Positions 29,545 to 40,400 are shown, numbered from the stretch's first letter. The stretch: DNA of 64,000 nt from Gemmatimonadales bacterium (GCA_036501385.1 DASYAK010000055.1:6032-70031), one strand, 5' to 3'. A program made the numbers and translations. The notes: generated from the letters alone by a model not told the origin.

Positions 29545-30759
29545 CTACTCGTACCGCAACGCCTGGATCGGATCGAGGCTCGCTGCGCGCTGTGCCGGCC
29601 AGAGCCCGAAGGTGAGCCCCACCAGGCCTGAGAAGGCGAAGGCGACGAGGATTGCGACCACCGACAATTGCGTCGCCGCGCCGTACTGCCGGGCGACGAA
29701 AATCGAGGCACCGATACCGGCAGCGGTGCCGACCACCCCGCCTGCAATGCAGAGTACCAGCGCTTCGACCAGGAACTGGCTCATGATCACGATGCGCGTC
29801 GCGCCAAGCGCCTTGCGGATTCCGATCTCCTTGGTGCGCTCCGTGACGGAAACCAGCATGATATTCATGATCCCGATCCCGCCCACGAGGAGTGACACCG
29901 CCGCGATCGAAATGAGGAGGCTCGAAAACGTGTCGGCGGTCTGCTGGCGCGTGGCGAGGAAGTCCATTGGCGACATGATCCGGAAATCATCCGGGTCGCC
30001 CGGCCGGATCTTGTGCTGCCGCCGCATGACATCCTCGGCGTCAACCATGCTGCGCTGCAGGGGGACGCCGGGGCTGGCAATCACCGAAATCGACCGCAGC
30101 CTGTCGGTCCCGAAGACACGGAACTGCGCCGTCCTGAGCGGCACCAGGATCTGTTCGTCGGGGTTGTCGTACCCCTGCGCCCCCTTGGCGCTGAGCACGC
30201 CGATTACCTCGAAGTCGAGCTCCCGGATCACGATTGATCGACCGATCAGCGCGGCCGGGTTGACGTCGAGGAGCTTGGGAACGTCGGCACCGACAACGGC
30301 GTACCGTTCCCGCGACGCATCCTCGCCCACGGTGAACATCCGGCCGTACGGCAGTGTGTAATTATGTGCCGTGGCGTAATTGGCGGTCGTCCCGACGATG
30401 CTGGTATTGATGTTGTGATCGAGGTAGGCCACTTCCTGATTGCGCGACAACTCGGGAACCACCGCTGCGAAGGTCGTCCCGTCGGCGGTGAGCGAGTCGG
30501 CGTCGGCGACGTACATCGCGGCCCGGGTCTGGGTCGCCACGCCACCCTGCATGTGGCCCATCCCCGGATTGATACTGATCAGGTTGGCGCCCAGAGCATT
30601 GATCTGGTCCTGCACTGCCTGCTTGGCGCCGCTTCCCATCGCCACCACCGTGATCACCGCGGCGACGCCGATGATCACCCCGAGCATCGTCAGCATACCG
30701 CGCAATTTGTTGGCCCGGATGCTGCCAATCGCCACGCGGATGGTTTCTCCTGCCATCAT
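29545..30759 (-). CDS. Single-module MacB/FtsX-type ABC transporter permease
   Basis: IRVAIGSIRANKLRGMLTMLGVIIGVAAVI is a MacB-like TM1. It is followed by a periplasmic domain and the FtsX C-terminal helices, ending AQRAASLDPIQALRYE. Confidence 0.9.
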   Translation of the reverse strand: MMAGETIRVAIGSIRANKLRGMLTMLGVIIGVAAVITVVAMGSGAKQAVQDQINALGANLISINPGMGHMQGGVATQTRAAMYVADADSLTADGTTFAAVVPELSRNQEVAYLDHNINTSIVGTTANYATAHNYTLPYGRMFTVGEDASRERYAVVGADVPKLLDVNPAALIGRSIVIRELDFEVIGVLSAKGAQGYDNPDEQILVPLRTAQFRVFGTDRLRSISVIASPGVPLQRSMVDAEDVMRRQHKIRPGDPDDFRIMSPMDFLATRQQTADTFSSLLISIAAVSLLVGGIGIMNIMLVSVTERTKEIGIRKALGATRIVIMSQFLVEALVLCIAGGVVGTAAGIGASIFVARQYGAATQLSVVAILVAFAFSGLVGLTFGLWPAQRAASLDPIQALRYE

Positions 30760-30883
30760 CGGACTGCCTCCCGCCGAACAATTCCCGGAGAATGCGAATT
30801 TGCGTTGCCGGAATCATCGCGACGGCGTGCTGTCGCCGTCGATCATGCAAGGTATAACGCCTGCCGCGTCGCAGCAGTGCCGC

Positions 30884-31393
30884 TCAGCCGGCTGCCATCT
30901 CCGCCAGCCGCGCCACGGTGTTCATGTTCCGCGCCGTGCCGGCCTTTGCCGCGGGAATCCGGAGCTTCGATTGTCCCATCCCGACCGGGTAGTAGACGAA
31001 GATCTCGCGCGAGGTAGGACGAATCACTTCATCACGCTGCCCGGCGACACCATCGAGTACATCCTTCGACACCGGCGCATCGAGGAAAAAAACGCACGTC
31101 AGGTTCGACGCCCTGGTGCGGAATGGATTGGCGTCGACAACGGCCTGCATTTCGGTACTGGTACGGATAATCACGTCGACGGGCTTGCCGAGGTGATCGA
31201 GGAGGCAGTGTTCCAGGCTGGTTTTTACGGCGCGCGGTCCCAATCGGCTGCTGAAGACAACGTTGCCGCTGGCAATGTAGGTCTTCACTTCGCTGAATCC
31301 GGCGCCGACGCAGAGCCGGGTGAGGTCAGCCATCGCCAACTTGCCGGTTCCACCGACATTCACGGCGCGAAGCAGCGCGATATAGTTTGCCAT
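30884..31393 (-). CDS. DUF1697 domain-containing protein
   Basis: MANYIALLRAVNVGGTGKLAMADL is the typical DUF1697 N-terminus. The ATG at 31393 was verified. Confidence 0.8.
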   Translation of the reverse strand: MANYIALLRAVNVGGTGKLAMADLTRLCVGAGFSEVKTYIASGNVVFSSRLGPRAVKTSLEHCLLDHLGKPVDVIIRTSTEMQAVVDANPFRTRASNLTCVFFLDAPVSKDVLDGVAGQRDEVIRPTSREIFVYYPVGMGQSKLRIPAAKAGTARNMNTVARLAEMAAG

Positions 31394-31457
31394 TCGGCAA
31401 TGATACCACTTGAGCGATTCGCCGAGAATCGCCGTCTCCTTCACCCTGGAACGACCG

Positions 31458-32012
31458 ATGACGATCAGCGCAATCGACTCCACATCAGCCCTGGTCGTCA
31501 TCGACCTGCAGAAGGGCGTTGTGGGGCTCCAGACCGTGCACCCGGCGGCCGACGTGGTAGCCCGCTCCGCGGAACTGGCGCGCGCATTCCGCGCCCGCGA
31601 ACGTCCGGTGGTTCTGGTCAACGTGGATGGAATGGCTCCCGGCCGGACCAGCGCGCCGCGGCGCGCGTATTCGTTCCCGCCCGACTGGACGGACCTCGTC
31701 CCGGAGCTCGATGCGCAGCCCGGAGATTTCCTGGTCACGAAGCAGCGGGTCGGTGCCTTTCTTGGAACCGACCTCGACCAGTATCTGCGGCGCCGCGGTG
31801 TGACGCAGGTCGTCGTAACAGGCGTGGCAACGGGGAGCGGCGTGGAGGCGACCGCACGCAGCGCGTACGACCTCGGCTACAACGTCGTCTTCGTGACCGA
31901 TGCGATGACCGACCTGGATGCTGAGGTGCATCGGCACTGCATCGACAAGACGTTTCCTCGCCTCGGTGAACTGGCCACCACCGCTGAAGTCGTCGAGCTT
32001 CTCCGGCGGTGA
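31458..32012 (+). CDS. Isochorismatase family cysteine hydrolase
   Basis: ALVVIDLQKG...KQRVGAFLGTDLDQYLRRRGVTQVVVTGVATGSGVEATARSAYDLGYNV. ATG at 31458 (a TTG lies at 31410). Confidence 0.85.
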   Translation: MTISAIDSTSALVVIDLQKGVVGLQTVHPAADVVARSAELARAFRARERPVVLVNVDGMAPGRTSAPRRAYSFPPDWTDLVPELDAQPGDFLVTKQRVGAFLGTDLDQYLRRRGVTQVVVTGVATGSGVEATARSAYDLGYNVVFVTDAMTDLDAEVHRHCIDKTFPRLGELATTAEVVELLRR

Positions 32013-33977
32013 CTACCGCTGTCCCAGCGCCTGCTTGAGCGCCGACTCTCCACCGAGGACCGGAATCGAAATCGACGTGCCATCGAGATCAACGGTCAGT
32101 TCGGTTCCCGGCACCGGCCGGAGGGTGAAGCCGTAGTCGCTCGACAGGATCATCAGCGCGAGTTGCTGTCCCGGCTTGATGATCTGATCATCGGGCTGGA
32201 GCGGGAACGTCATCGTGTAGAACTTCCCGGGAACGAGCGGGACGCCGGGAAGTTTCGACGTGTAATCATCGCCGCCCTTGAGTGACTGATAATTCTGGGG
32301 ATCGGCCCAGCCACGCGTGACGACGCCGACCTGGCCGGCACTTCCGATCGACGTCGGATCGAACGGCAGCGTCACGAGGTAGACCGACAGATTCGCGGCC
32401 GGCTTGCTCACCGCAAGCCGAAGGGTCACCAGCGTGCTCCCCGACATGTGGATCGAGTCCTTGAGCACCGGCAAGGCGTACAGCAGCCGATTGGACGAGG
32501 TCGTGGCGCGCGCCATGTCGCCCGGCTTGACGTGCCAGTCATCAACCAGCTTCTCGGCGCCCTGCTTTCCAGCCGACTTGAATGCCAGCGCGCCGACGCC
32601 GTTGCCGCCCTTGTCGGGATGCAGCGTCACCATCGCGGTACCGGGAATCGGATAGTCAGCGTAAAAGGTGGGCGACGCAGCACCACGGCCGCCACCCGGT
32701 ACCACCGCAGTCGACTGCACGATCATCGCGCGGGGCAGTGTGTCGACGCCGTTGTTGACCGCGTACAGGTAATGTGCCCACCACTTGTTCTGAATCTCCT
32801 GCGGCGGCGGCGCACCGTGGCCGCCCTGGCTCATGTAGATCTTGGCCGACGGATTGATCTTCTTGAGCGCCTCCCACATCCGGATGGTGTTGTCCGGCAT
32901 CACGTTCCAGTCGTTGAATCCGTGCGCGAAGAGGACCGCCGCATTGACATTCTTGATGAGCAGCGTCTGGTCACGCTGTTCCCAGAAGTTGTTGTAATCG
33001 CCATGCTGCCGGTCGGCCTCGCGCGCGAAGATGCCGTCGCGCCAGATGGCGTTGCACCCATCTCGATTCCGTCCGCTATGCACGAAATCATAGAGAACCT
33101 CGACATCCTCGCCGAGATAACCGCCGGGAGAGCGGACCAGGCCGTAGGAGCGATAATAGCGATAGTCGGAGGTGTTGGGTGAGATCGGGATGATCGCTTC
33201 GAGCCCCGGAACACCGGTGACCGCGGCAGCCATTGGCAGGGCGCCTTCGTACGACGTGCCGTAGATCCCGACCTTGCCGTTGGACCATGCCGCGGCGCTC
33301 ACCTCTTCGTTGCCGTCGACTGTGGTGTACGCCTTGGCGCGACCGTTGAGCCAGTCGATCACGAACTTGGCGCCATTGCGTTCGGTCGAATCGCCGGCGG
33401 TGGGACAGCCGGTCGACAGCCCTGTCCCCGCTGCCTCGACATTGACGGCGATCAACCCGCGCGGCACCCACTGCGTTGCGTAGCGAGCCTCGATTGGCGG
33501 ATCGGCGAGGAACGGGCGATATGGTGCCGGTGTCCGCTTCGGTGGCGGCGCACCGATCTCCTGTTCGACGTTCCAGTCGACATCGCCATTCCCCGGCCCG
33601 ATGTACGGCGATGCGAGCATGATGATCGGCAGCTTGATGCCGGCCTTTTCTGCCGCCGTGGAGCGGACAATATCGGCGTGAATCCGATCGGGCTTGCCGT
33701 CGTGATCGCTGTCAAAATTGGTTTCGACCCACACCCGCTGCTTGACCCACTGCATCGTGTCGGCGTATTCGGCGACCGGCTGGAGCATCCCGTCCTTCAC
33801 AATCGGGCCGAGATGTCCCATTGTCGCAATGGCCGACACGGCAGGCGTGTTGTCACCGCCGCGTCCGGGACGTTGGGCGTGAAGCGACCCGGCCGCACCG
33901 ATGATGAATGCAAGGGCGAGGAATCCGGCAGAACGGACGCGATGGTCGGGGCGGATCGCGGCAAACGGAGATGACAT
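32013..33977 (-). CDS. S15 family X-Pro dipeptidyl-peptidase (CocE/NonD-type hydrolase), secreted
   Basis: Signal peptide. DSDHDGKPDRIHADIV. Nucleophile elbow GIYGTSYEG. ATG at 33977. Confidence 0.85.
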   Translation of the reverse strand: MSSPFAAIRPDHRVRSAGFLALAFIIGAAGSLHAQRPGRGGDNTPAVSAIATMGHLGPIVKDGMLQPVAEYADTMQWVKQRVWVETNFDSDHDGKPDRIHADIVRSTAAEKAGIKLPIIMLASPYIGPGNGDVDWNVEQEIGAPPPKRTPAPYRPFLADPPIEARYATQWVPRGLIAVNVEAAGTGLSTGCPTAGDSTERNGAKFVIDWLNGRAKAYTTVDGNEEVSAAAWSNGKVGIYGTSYEGALPMAAAVTGVPGLEAIIPISPNTSDYRYYRSYGLVRSPGGYLGEDVEVLYDFVHSGRNRDGCNAIWRDGIFAREADRQHGDYNNFWEQRDQTLLIKNVNAAVLFAHGFNDWNVMPDNTIRMWEALKKINPSAKIYMSQGGHGAPPPQEIQNKWWAHYLYAVNNGVDTLPRAMIVQSTAVVPGGGRGAASPTFYADYPIPGTAMVTLHPDKGGNGVGALAFKSAGKQGAEKLVDDWHVKPGDMARATTSSNRLLYALPVLKDSIHMSGSTLVTLRLAVSKPAANLSVYLVTLPFDPTSIGSAGQVGVVTRGWADPQNYQSLKGGDDYTSKLPGVPLVPGKFYTMTFPLQPDDQIIKPGQQLALMILSSDYGFTLRPVPGTELTVDLDGTSISIPVLGGESALKQALGQR

Positions 33978-34160
33978 CGTGAGTCGCTTGGATAGGGTGA
34001 ATCACCGGCTGGCACGGAAAGACAAATCCGGCCGACGGTGCGATACCAAGATAGGAGCGGACCGCTGGCGTGTCACATTTCCTGGGCCGCGCGGCGGGAG
34101 CCGGACGGCAGTATACTCTCGCCGATTCTGGTCGCCCGACTCCCACCCAGAGGAATTCGA

Positions 34161-34827
34161 ATGTCCCTCCGAATTGGCGACACGGCGCCCGATTTCACCG
34201 CCCAGCGCACCGATGGTACGATTGCCTTTCACCAGTGGCTTGGCGACTCGTGGGGGATGCTCTTTTCACACCCGAAGGACTTCACCCCGGTCTGTCCCAC
34301 CGAACTCGGCGCGCTGGCCCACCTGAAGCCCGAGTTCGATCGGCGCGGCGTGAAGCTGATCGGTCTCTCGGTCGATCCCGTCGACCGGCACCATGGATGG
34401 GCAAAGGACATCGAGGAGACCCAGGGTGCCGCACCGAACTACCCGCTGATCGGCGACACCGAGCTTCACGTCTCGAAGCTTTATGGGATGCTGCCGGCCG
34501 CCGCGGAAACGAGCTCCGACGGGCGGACTGCCGCAGATAATCAGACGGTGCGCAACATCTACCTGATCGGCCCCGACAAGAAGATCAAGCTGGTGATCGT
34601 CTCCGATGAGCACGGGGCGGAACTTCGACGAAGTGCTCCGGGTGATCGACTCGCTGCAGCTCACCGCGAAGCACAAGGTCTCGACGCCGGCAAACTGGCG
34701 ACACGGCGAGGACGTCATCATTTCCGGCAACGTGAGCGAGGAAGAGGCCCGCAAGACGTATCCCGGTGGCTGGAAACAGCCAAAGCCCTACATCCGGATC
34801 GTGCCGCAGCCGGGGCAGTCGGCGTAG
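34161..34827 (+). pseudogene. 1-Cys (Prx6-type) peroxiredoxin interrupted by a frameshift near 34602
   Basis: The N-part MSLRIGDTAPDF..FSHPKDFTPVCPTELG..KIKLVIV lies in one frame. The conserved C-part MSTGRNFDEVLRVIDSLQLTAKHKVSTPANW lies in the +1 frame (ORF 34606-34827). Confidence 0.85.
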
Positions 34828-34833
34828 TTCGCG

Positions 34834-35697
34834 ATGGCCGGTGATCTTCGCGACCTGCTGCAACGAGCGCTGGGTTCCGATCTGCACGTCGGTGAGCAGG
34901 AAGCCGACAACGGAACCTGGCGATCATTTCACGCCCGCGATACTCGACTCGATGTCGACGACACGGTCAAGGCGCTCGCACCGGAAATCGCCGCGGATGT
35001 CGACGCCGCAAGATTCTGGCGCAACATCAGGGGAGCAGCAGCTGTCGAGCATCGCAATCTCGTCCCGATCGTAGGTGCCGGTGAAGCGGAGGGGATTCCG
35101 TACTTCGTGTCGCGGCGAGTGGCTGGGGATTCACTGCGCGACCTGGTGGCAGCATACGGCCCGCGCGCTGAAGACGAATGCCGTGATCTCGTGCGGGTAC
35201 TCTGCCAGGTGCTCGGCCCGGCCCACGCGCGCGGCATAATCCATGGCGGCATCACTCCCGAGACGATCATTGCCGCGCGGGAGGGTCCAATGGTCACCGA
35301 TCTTGGCGTGTTTCCGGCGCTGATGCGGAGCCGCCGCGACGGGATCGCGCTCCCTGCCGCATCCGGCGAGCTACCGCCGTTGATGCCGCACGATTCCCTG
35401 CTGTATCTCGCCCCCGAGCTGCTCACTGCAGACCCGCAGTTCACACCGCGCACCGACATCTATGCGCTGGGCGCCGTGCTCTTTGCACTGCTGACCGGCA
35501 CTCCACCGCACGGGGAAAATGATCAATCCGTTGGAGCGCTGGTGTGGCCCGAGTCCTACCGTTTTCGGTATGTATCGTCCGAATTCACGCGCCTGGTGAC
35601 GCGGTGCCTCGCGCGTGAGCCAGCCGAACGGATGGAGACGATGGACGACGTGCGTGCGGCGCTCGACGTGCGCGACGAACGGTACGTCGTGGGGTGA
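34834..35697 (+). CDS. Protein-kinase-like protein with degenerate catalytic motifs (predicted pseudokinase), with no TM segment or TPR tail
   Basis: It is a paralog of the N-terminus of the 37422 kinase. HRDIKPDN is replaced by HGGITPET, the Gly-loop is lost, and DFG is replaced by DLG. APE is retained (YLAPEL). Confidence 0.7.
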   Translation: MAGDLRDLLQRALGSDLHVGEQEADNGTWRSFHARDTRLDVDDTVKALAPEIAADVDAARFWRNIRGAAAVEHRNLVPIVGAGEAEGIPYFVSRRVAGDSLRDLVAAYGPRAEDECRDLVRVLCQVLGPAHARGIIHGGITPETIIAAREGPMVTDLGVFPALMRSRRDGIALPAASGELPPLMPHDSLLYLAPELLTADPQFTPRTDIYALGAVLFALLTGTPPHGENDQSVGALVWPESYRFRYVSSEFTRLVTRCLAREPAERMETMDDVRAALDVRDERYVVG

Positions 35698-35709
35698 CGG
35701 CTCGCGACG

Positions 35710-37248
35710 CTATCTCGCCGGCAAACGTCCCAGGTACTTCAGCGAATCGTCAAAGAGCAGGAGCGAAGAAATCCTCCCGGGTGGATGCTCCGGCTCCTGT
35801 GCCAGATACCGCGCATTGCCGGCCTTGAAGAGGTAGAAGAGACGAACTGAATCGGGCGTCTCCGCCGCAGAATCGATCGCTGCCTGGATTCGCTGGCATG
35901 CCGGCCCTGCCGTGACCAGCGCGAGTTCTTGCGGCGCGATCCCGTTCAAGGCAGCAATCCTCCGGATCGCGCTATCGCCCGGCTCAGTCAGTATTGTTGC
36001 CAGCCGCGCATCGAGCCGCCCCGAGTTGGTGTCCGAGCCGAGACAGGCGGGCACCTCGCGTCGTCCGACCAGACATGCCGCCACGACGAAGAGAACGATC
36101 GCGACGCTAAGAGTGAGGTCGCGCCGGTACGTCTCGCTGTTGGGATAATCGAGCGGCCGGAGGGATCGCTCGACTATTGGAGCCAGTCCAATGCCGATCG
36201 CAAAGAGGAGAAGCATTACCCACGAACGAATGAACTCGGCGTGGCTTCCCGTTCCCCATGGAACCGCACGGCTGGGCACGGTCACGGTATCGGGACCGGT
36301 CAGATAGCGCACAGCGCGGCCCAGGTCCGGAACTGTCGGGTGCAGGATCGCAGTGTCCGTCGCCGCGGCCGCAGGCGCAGCGGCTGGCACCACTGCAGTC
36401 GCCGTGTCGGGCGAGTCCTCGATCGCGAGTCGCCGTTCGGCTTCGAGCCAGAACGTCGCGGGGACTGCCGGTGATTGCTTGACGTCTGCCGCCATCTCGC
36501 GGACGATCAGGGCAATGTTGCTGAACGGACCGAGCTTCCGGTATGGTGCCACGGCAGCAGGAAGCAGATTGATGAGGTAGATCGCGACGAAGACGATTAC
36601 CAGCGCCGCGACGGGATCGGTCGGGCGACCGGCGTTGCGTTCCGGACCGGTGACGAACTGCACTGCCACGCCGAACAGTCCCCACCAGGAAAAGAGCGCA
36701 ATCCACGGCGCGTGGCCAAAGCCGACCGTCCAGATGATCCCGGTCGCGACGGTGATGAGCGCACCGGACCAGAGGCCGTTGGCAATCAGCAACAGAAGAT
36801 TGTCGTCCTTGTTGCGTCCGCGGCCGATCGTCCAGGCGAGGATCGCGGCCGCCGGCACGAACGACGTCAGGCTCGCGAGAAAGGGGCGAAGAAAGAGCGA
36901 CGCGGTGTGCGCCACGAGATCTTCCGTGAGGAAGCCGAGAAAGCCGAATCCCGTGGCCCAGGCGAGGGCGAGGACCGTCTGTCGGCCGGGAGTGTCGTTG
37001 TGAGCCGGTGCCTCGCCCCGGTTCTCCTGCCGGGCAATGTGGACGTAGTGCTGAATCCAGTGCACGGCGAGACCGATGAACGCGGCGATGAGAATGGTGA
37101 CCGCTGCCTCACGATTCGTCGACCGGAGCGACAGCCAGACAACCCACACCAGCGTAGCACCGACAGTCCCCAGGATCGCGCCGGCGAGCGCGACCCGATA
37201 GTTGGTGTACCGCACCGTGGCCGCGTCGAACGGCGAGGTCGAGGTCAT
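35710..37248 (-). CDS. Hypothetical polytopic membrane protein with a C-terminal soluble domain
   Basis: A 512-aa ORF with many hydrophobic helices and a verified ATG at 37248. I recognise no family. Confidence 0.65.
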   Translation of the reverse strand: MTSTSPFDAATVRYTNYRVALAGAILGTVGATLVWVVWLSLRSTNREAAVTILIAAFIGLAVHWIQHYVHIARQENRGEAPAHNDTPGRQTVLALAWATGFGFLGFLTEDLVAHTASLFLRPFLASLTSFVPAAAILAWTIGRGRNKDDNLLLLIANGLWSGALITVATGIIWTVGFGHAPWIALFSWWGLFGVAVQFVTGPERNAGRPTDPVAALVIVFVAIYLINLLPAAVAPYRKLGPFSNIALIVREMAADVKQSPAVPATFWLEAERRLAIEDSPDTATAVVPAAAPAAAATDTAILHPTVPDLGRAVRYLTGPDTVTVPSRAVPWGTGSHAEFIRSWVMLLLFAIGIGLAPIVERSLRPLDYPNSETYRRDLTLSVAIVLFVVAACLVGRREVPACLGSDTNSGRLDARLATILTEPGDSAIRRIAALNGIAPQELALVTAGPACQRIQAAIDSAAETPDSVRLFYLFKAGNARYLAQEPEHPPGRISSLLLFDDSLKYLGRLPAR

Positions 37249-37421
37249 GCAGATAGCTCCTGATCGACAAGACGGGCCCGGATCGAGCGGGGCGCGATTC
37301 TAACGTCCCCTGCTATCGGCCGCCAGATCGGAACGCCGGTGCCGGCCCTCCTCGGTAGCGGATTGGGCGACCCGGCCGTAATTTCCGCAGGCGTTTCCCA
37401 CCTCTCCGCGACCGGACCACG

Positions 37422-40400
37422 ATGGATCTGCGCGACCAACTGCAGCAGCACCTGGGCTCATCGTATCTGCTGGGCCGGGAGCTTGGCGGCGGCGGCATGT
37501 CCCGGGTGTTCGTGGCCGACGAAGTCCGGCTCGGGCGCCAGGTCGTCGTCAAGGTCCTGAGTCCCGACCTCGCCCAGGGGATCAACGCCGAGCGGTTTGA
37601 GCGTGAAATCAAGGTGGCGGCGTCGCTGCAGCAGGCGAATATCGTCCCGCTGCACGCGGCGGGCGAAGTCGCCGGCCTGCCGTATTTCACCATGCCGTTC
37701 GTCGAAGGTGAATCGCTCCGGCATCGTTTGACGCAGGGGCAGATCTCGATCAGCGAAGTGGTCGTCATCCTGCGCGACGTGACGCGCGCCCTCGCCTACG
37801 CGCATGCCCGCGGCGTGGTGCATCGCGACATCAAGCCCGACAATGTGCTCCTCTCCGGTGGTGCCGCTGTCGTCACCGATTTCGGCATCGCGAAGGCGAT
37901 CAGCGCGTCCCGGACCGACGCACCGGGTGGGACCCTCACGCAACTCGGAACATCGATCGGCACGCCGGCCTACATGGCGCCGGAACAGGTGGCGGGCGAT
38001 CCGAATCTCGATCACCGGGTCGATCTCTACGCCCTGGGGTGCATGGCGTTCGAATTGCTGTCCGGGCAGCAGCCGTTTGCAAACCGGACGCCGCAAAAGA
38101 TGCTCGCCGCTCATCTGAGCGAGGCGCCGCCATCGGTGCAACAGATGCGTCCCGACACGCCACCCGCATTGGCCACGCTGGTGAATCAGCTGATGGCGAA
38201 GGATCCCGGCGACCGGCCTCAATCCGCGACCGATGTCCTTCGCGCACTCGACGCCGCGGTCACCAGCAGCGCGCCGACGCTCGCCTTCTCCGCGCCCGGG
38301 ATGCTCAAGAAATCGCTGCTCATGTACGCTGCAGCGGTCGTCGTCGTGCTTCTCTGCGCGCGTGCCGCGATCATCGCGATCGGACTCCCCGATTGGGTCT
38401 TCCCCGGTGCCATCGTGGTGATGGCGCTCGGCCTCCCCGCCCTGCTGATCACGGCATACGTGCAACGGGTTGCGCGACACACCGCCACGGCGACGCCGAC
38501 GCTGACGCCGGGCGGATCGATGGCGCCGAAGATGCCGAGCGGCACCATCGCGACGGTGGCGATGAAGGTGAGCCCGCACGTGACCTGGCGGCGCACATGG
38601 CGTGGCGGCGCATTCGCGGTTGGGGGATTCACGTCGCTGGTTGCGGTCTTCATGGTGACGCGCGCGTTCGGGATCGGACCGTGGGGATCGCTGCTCGCCG
38701 CGGGAAAGCTTGCGGCGACCGATCGCATCGTCCTCGCCGATCTCGATGTACCGAGCGCCGATTCTGCGCTCGCACCAATCGTGGCGGAGGCGATCCGTGC
38801 CGCACTGTCGCAGTCGCGCTCGATCAACCTGGTGCCGCAATCGGACATCGCCGACGTATTGCAGGAGATGAAGCGGCCCAAGGACGCGGCGCTCGGCGAC
38901 GCCGCGCTGGTGCACGACGTGGCCGAGCGGACTGGGGCGAAGGCCATACTCGGTGGACGGCTCGCGCGACTCGGCAACGGCTATGCGGTAAGTCTCGAGC
39001 TTTCCGCAGCACAGGGTGGCGCCGTTCTCGCATCGTATCAAGCCACCGCGGCGAGTTCGCAGGACCTCCTCTCGACGATCGACGGCCTCGCTCGCAAGCT
39101 TCGCGGCAAGATGGGCGAATCGCTCAAGCAGGTGCAACGCACCATTCCGCTGGAGCGCGCCACCACCACGTCGCTCGCGGCCTTGCGCAAGTACAGCGAT
39201 GCCGTCGTCGCCAATGACATCGATTTCGATTACCCGCGCGCCGTGCGCTCTGCACGCGAGGCGGTGGCGCTCGACTCCACCTTCGCCCTCGCCTGGCGCA
39301 AGCTCGCTGTGGCACTCTTCAATTCGTTCGCGCCGGCGTCGACCCAGGATTCGGCAATCCAACGTGCGGTCCGCTACGCGGACCGGCTCCCCGATCGAGA
39401 GAAATACCTGCTGCTCGGCTACTACTATGAAAACTCGTCGTCCGCCGCCGATCGAGGGAAGGCGCTCGAAGGGTATCGGAACGCGTACGCCGTCGATTCG
39501 TCGAACACCACGGCCGCCAACCAGCTCGGCCTGCTCTACGGTCAGCGCCATCAGGGCGACAGCGCGCTGCGCTACTTCACTCGGCTGCTGAAGCTTCAGC
39601 AGAATCCCGGCAGCGTTGCCCGCGTTGCCTATCAGCTGGCGGTCAACGGCAACGCCGATCGCGCGGCGGCGATGATTGATTCGGTGATGAAGGCGGTGGC
39701 GTCGTCCGAGTCCAACCTCATGGTGGGAAGTGCCCGGTTGAGCATCTGGGCCGATCGGCGCCGGGTCGACTCGGCGTATACTTTCGCCGAACGTTACCAG
39801 CATTCGAGCGACGCCACCCTCCAGCTGAATGCCTTCGTCGCGATTACCCGGATTACGGGGCAAACCGGCAGGATGCAGCGGTCAATCGCCGCAGACAGCC
39901 AACTCCAGCTCTTGTCGCCGTCGTCGACCTCGGCGCTTCAGATCGCCATCGACCACGCGACCGCGGACATCTTGTACCGCGACAAGAGTGCTGATGGCGC
40001 CAGGACGCTCGATGCCGCCGTATCGGGATCCGAATGGACGAAGGCTGCGCCCGCCGATCGGCCATACTTCCAGGTCATCGAGCTGTATGCCAAGGCCGGC
40101 AAGCCCGATCGCGCCCGCGCGCTGCTCGCGGAGCTTCTGGCGAGCGATCCCGCAGCGAAGGCGCCGGATGCCCGCGCCGACATCGCCATGGCCGATGGAC
40201 AGATCGCCGTGGCGGACGGGAAGTACGATGATGCGTTGCGACAGTTCCGAGCTGCGGAGATCCGCGCCGATGGATTCCCGGTGGAATGTCGCGCCTGCGT
40301 GGAGTTTGAACTCGCCAGGACGTTCGATCGCCTGAATCAGTCGGACTCGGCACTCGCCCATCTCGAATACTATGTCTCGCTCCCGGACGCAGAACGCGCC

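Noticed and set aside
34590-34610. Programmed ribosomal frameshifting as the explanation for the split peroxiredoxin. I considered the same explanation for the split ADOP gene at 46535-46566.
   Set aside because: Neither site has a slippery heptamer or an obvious downstream stimulatory structure. A mutation or a sequencing error is the simpler explanation.
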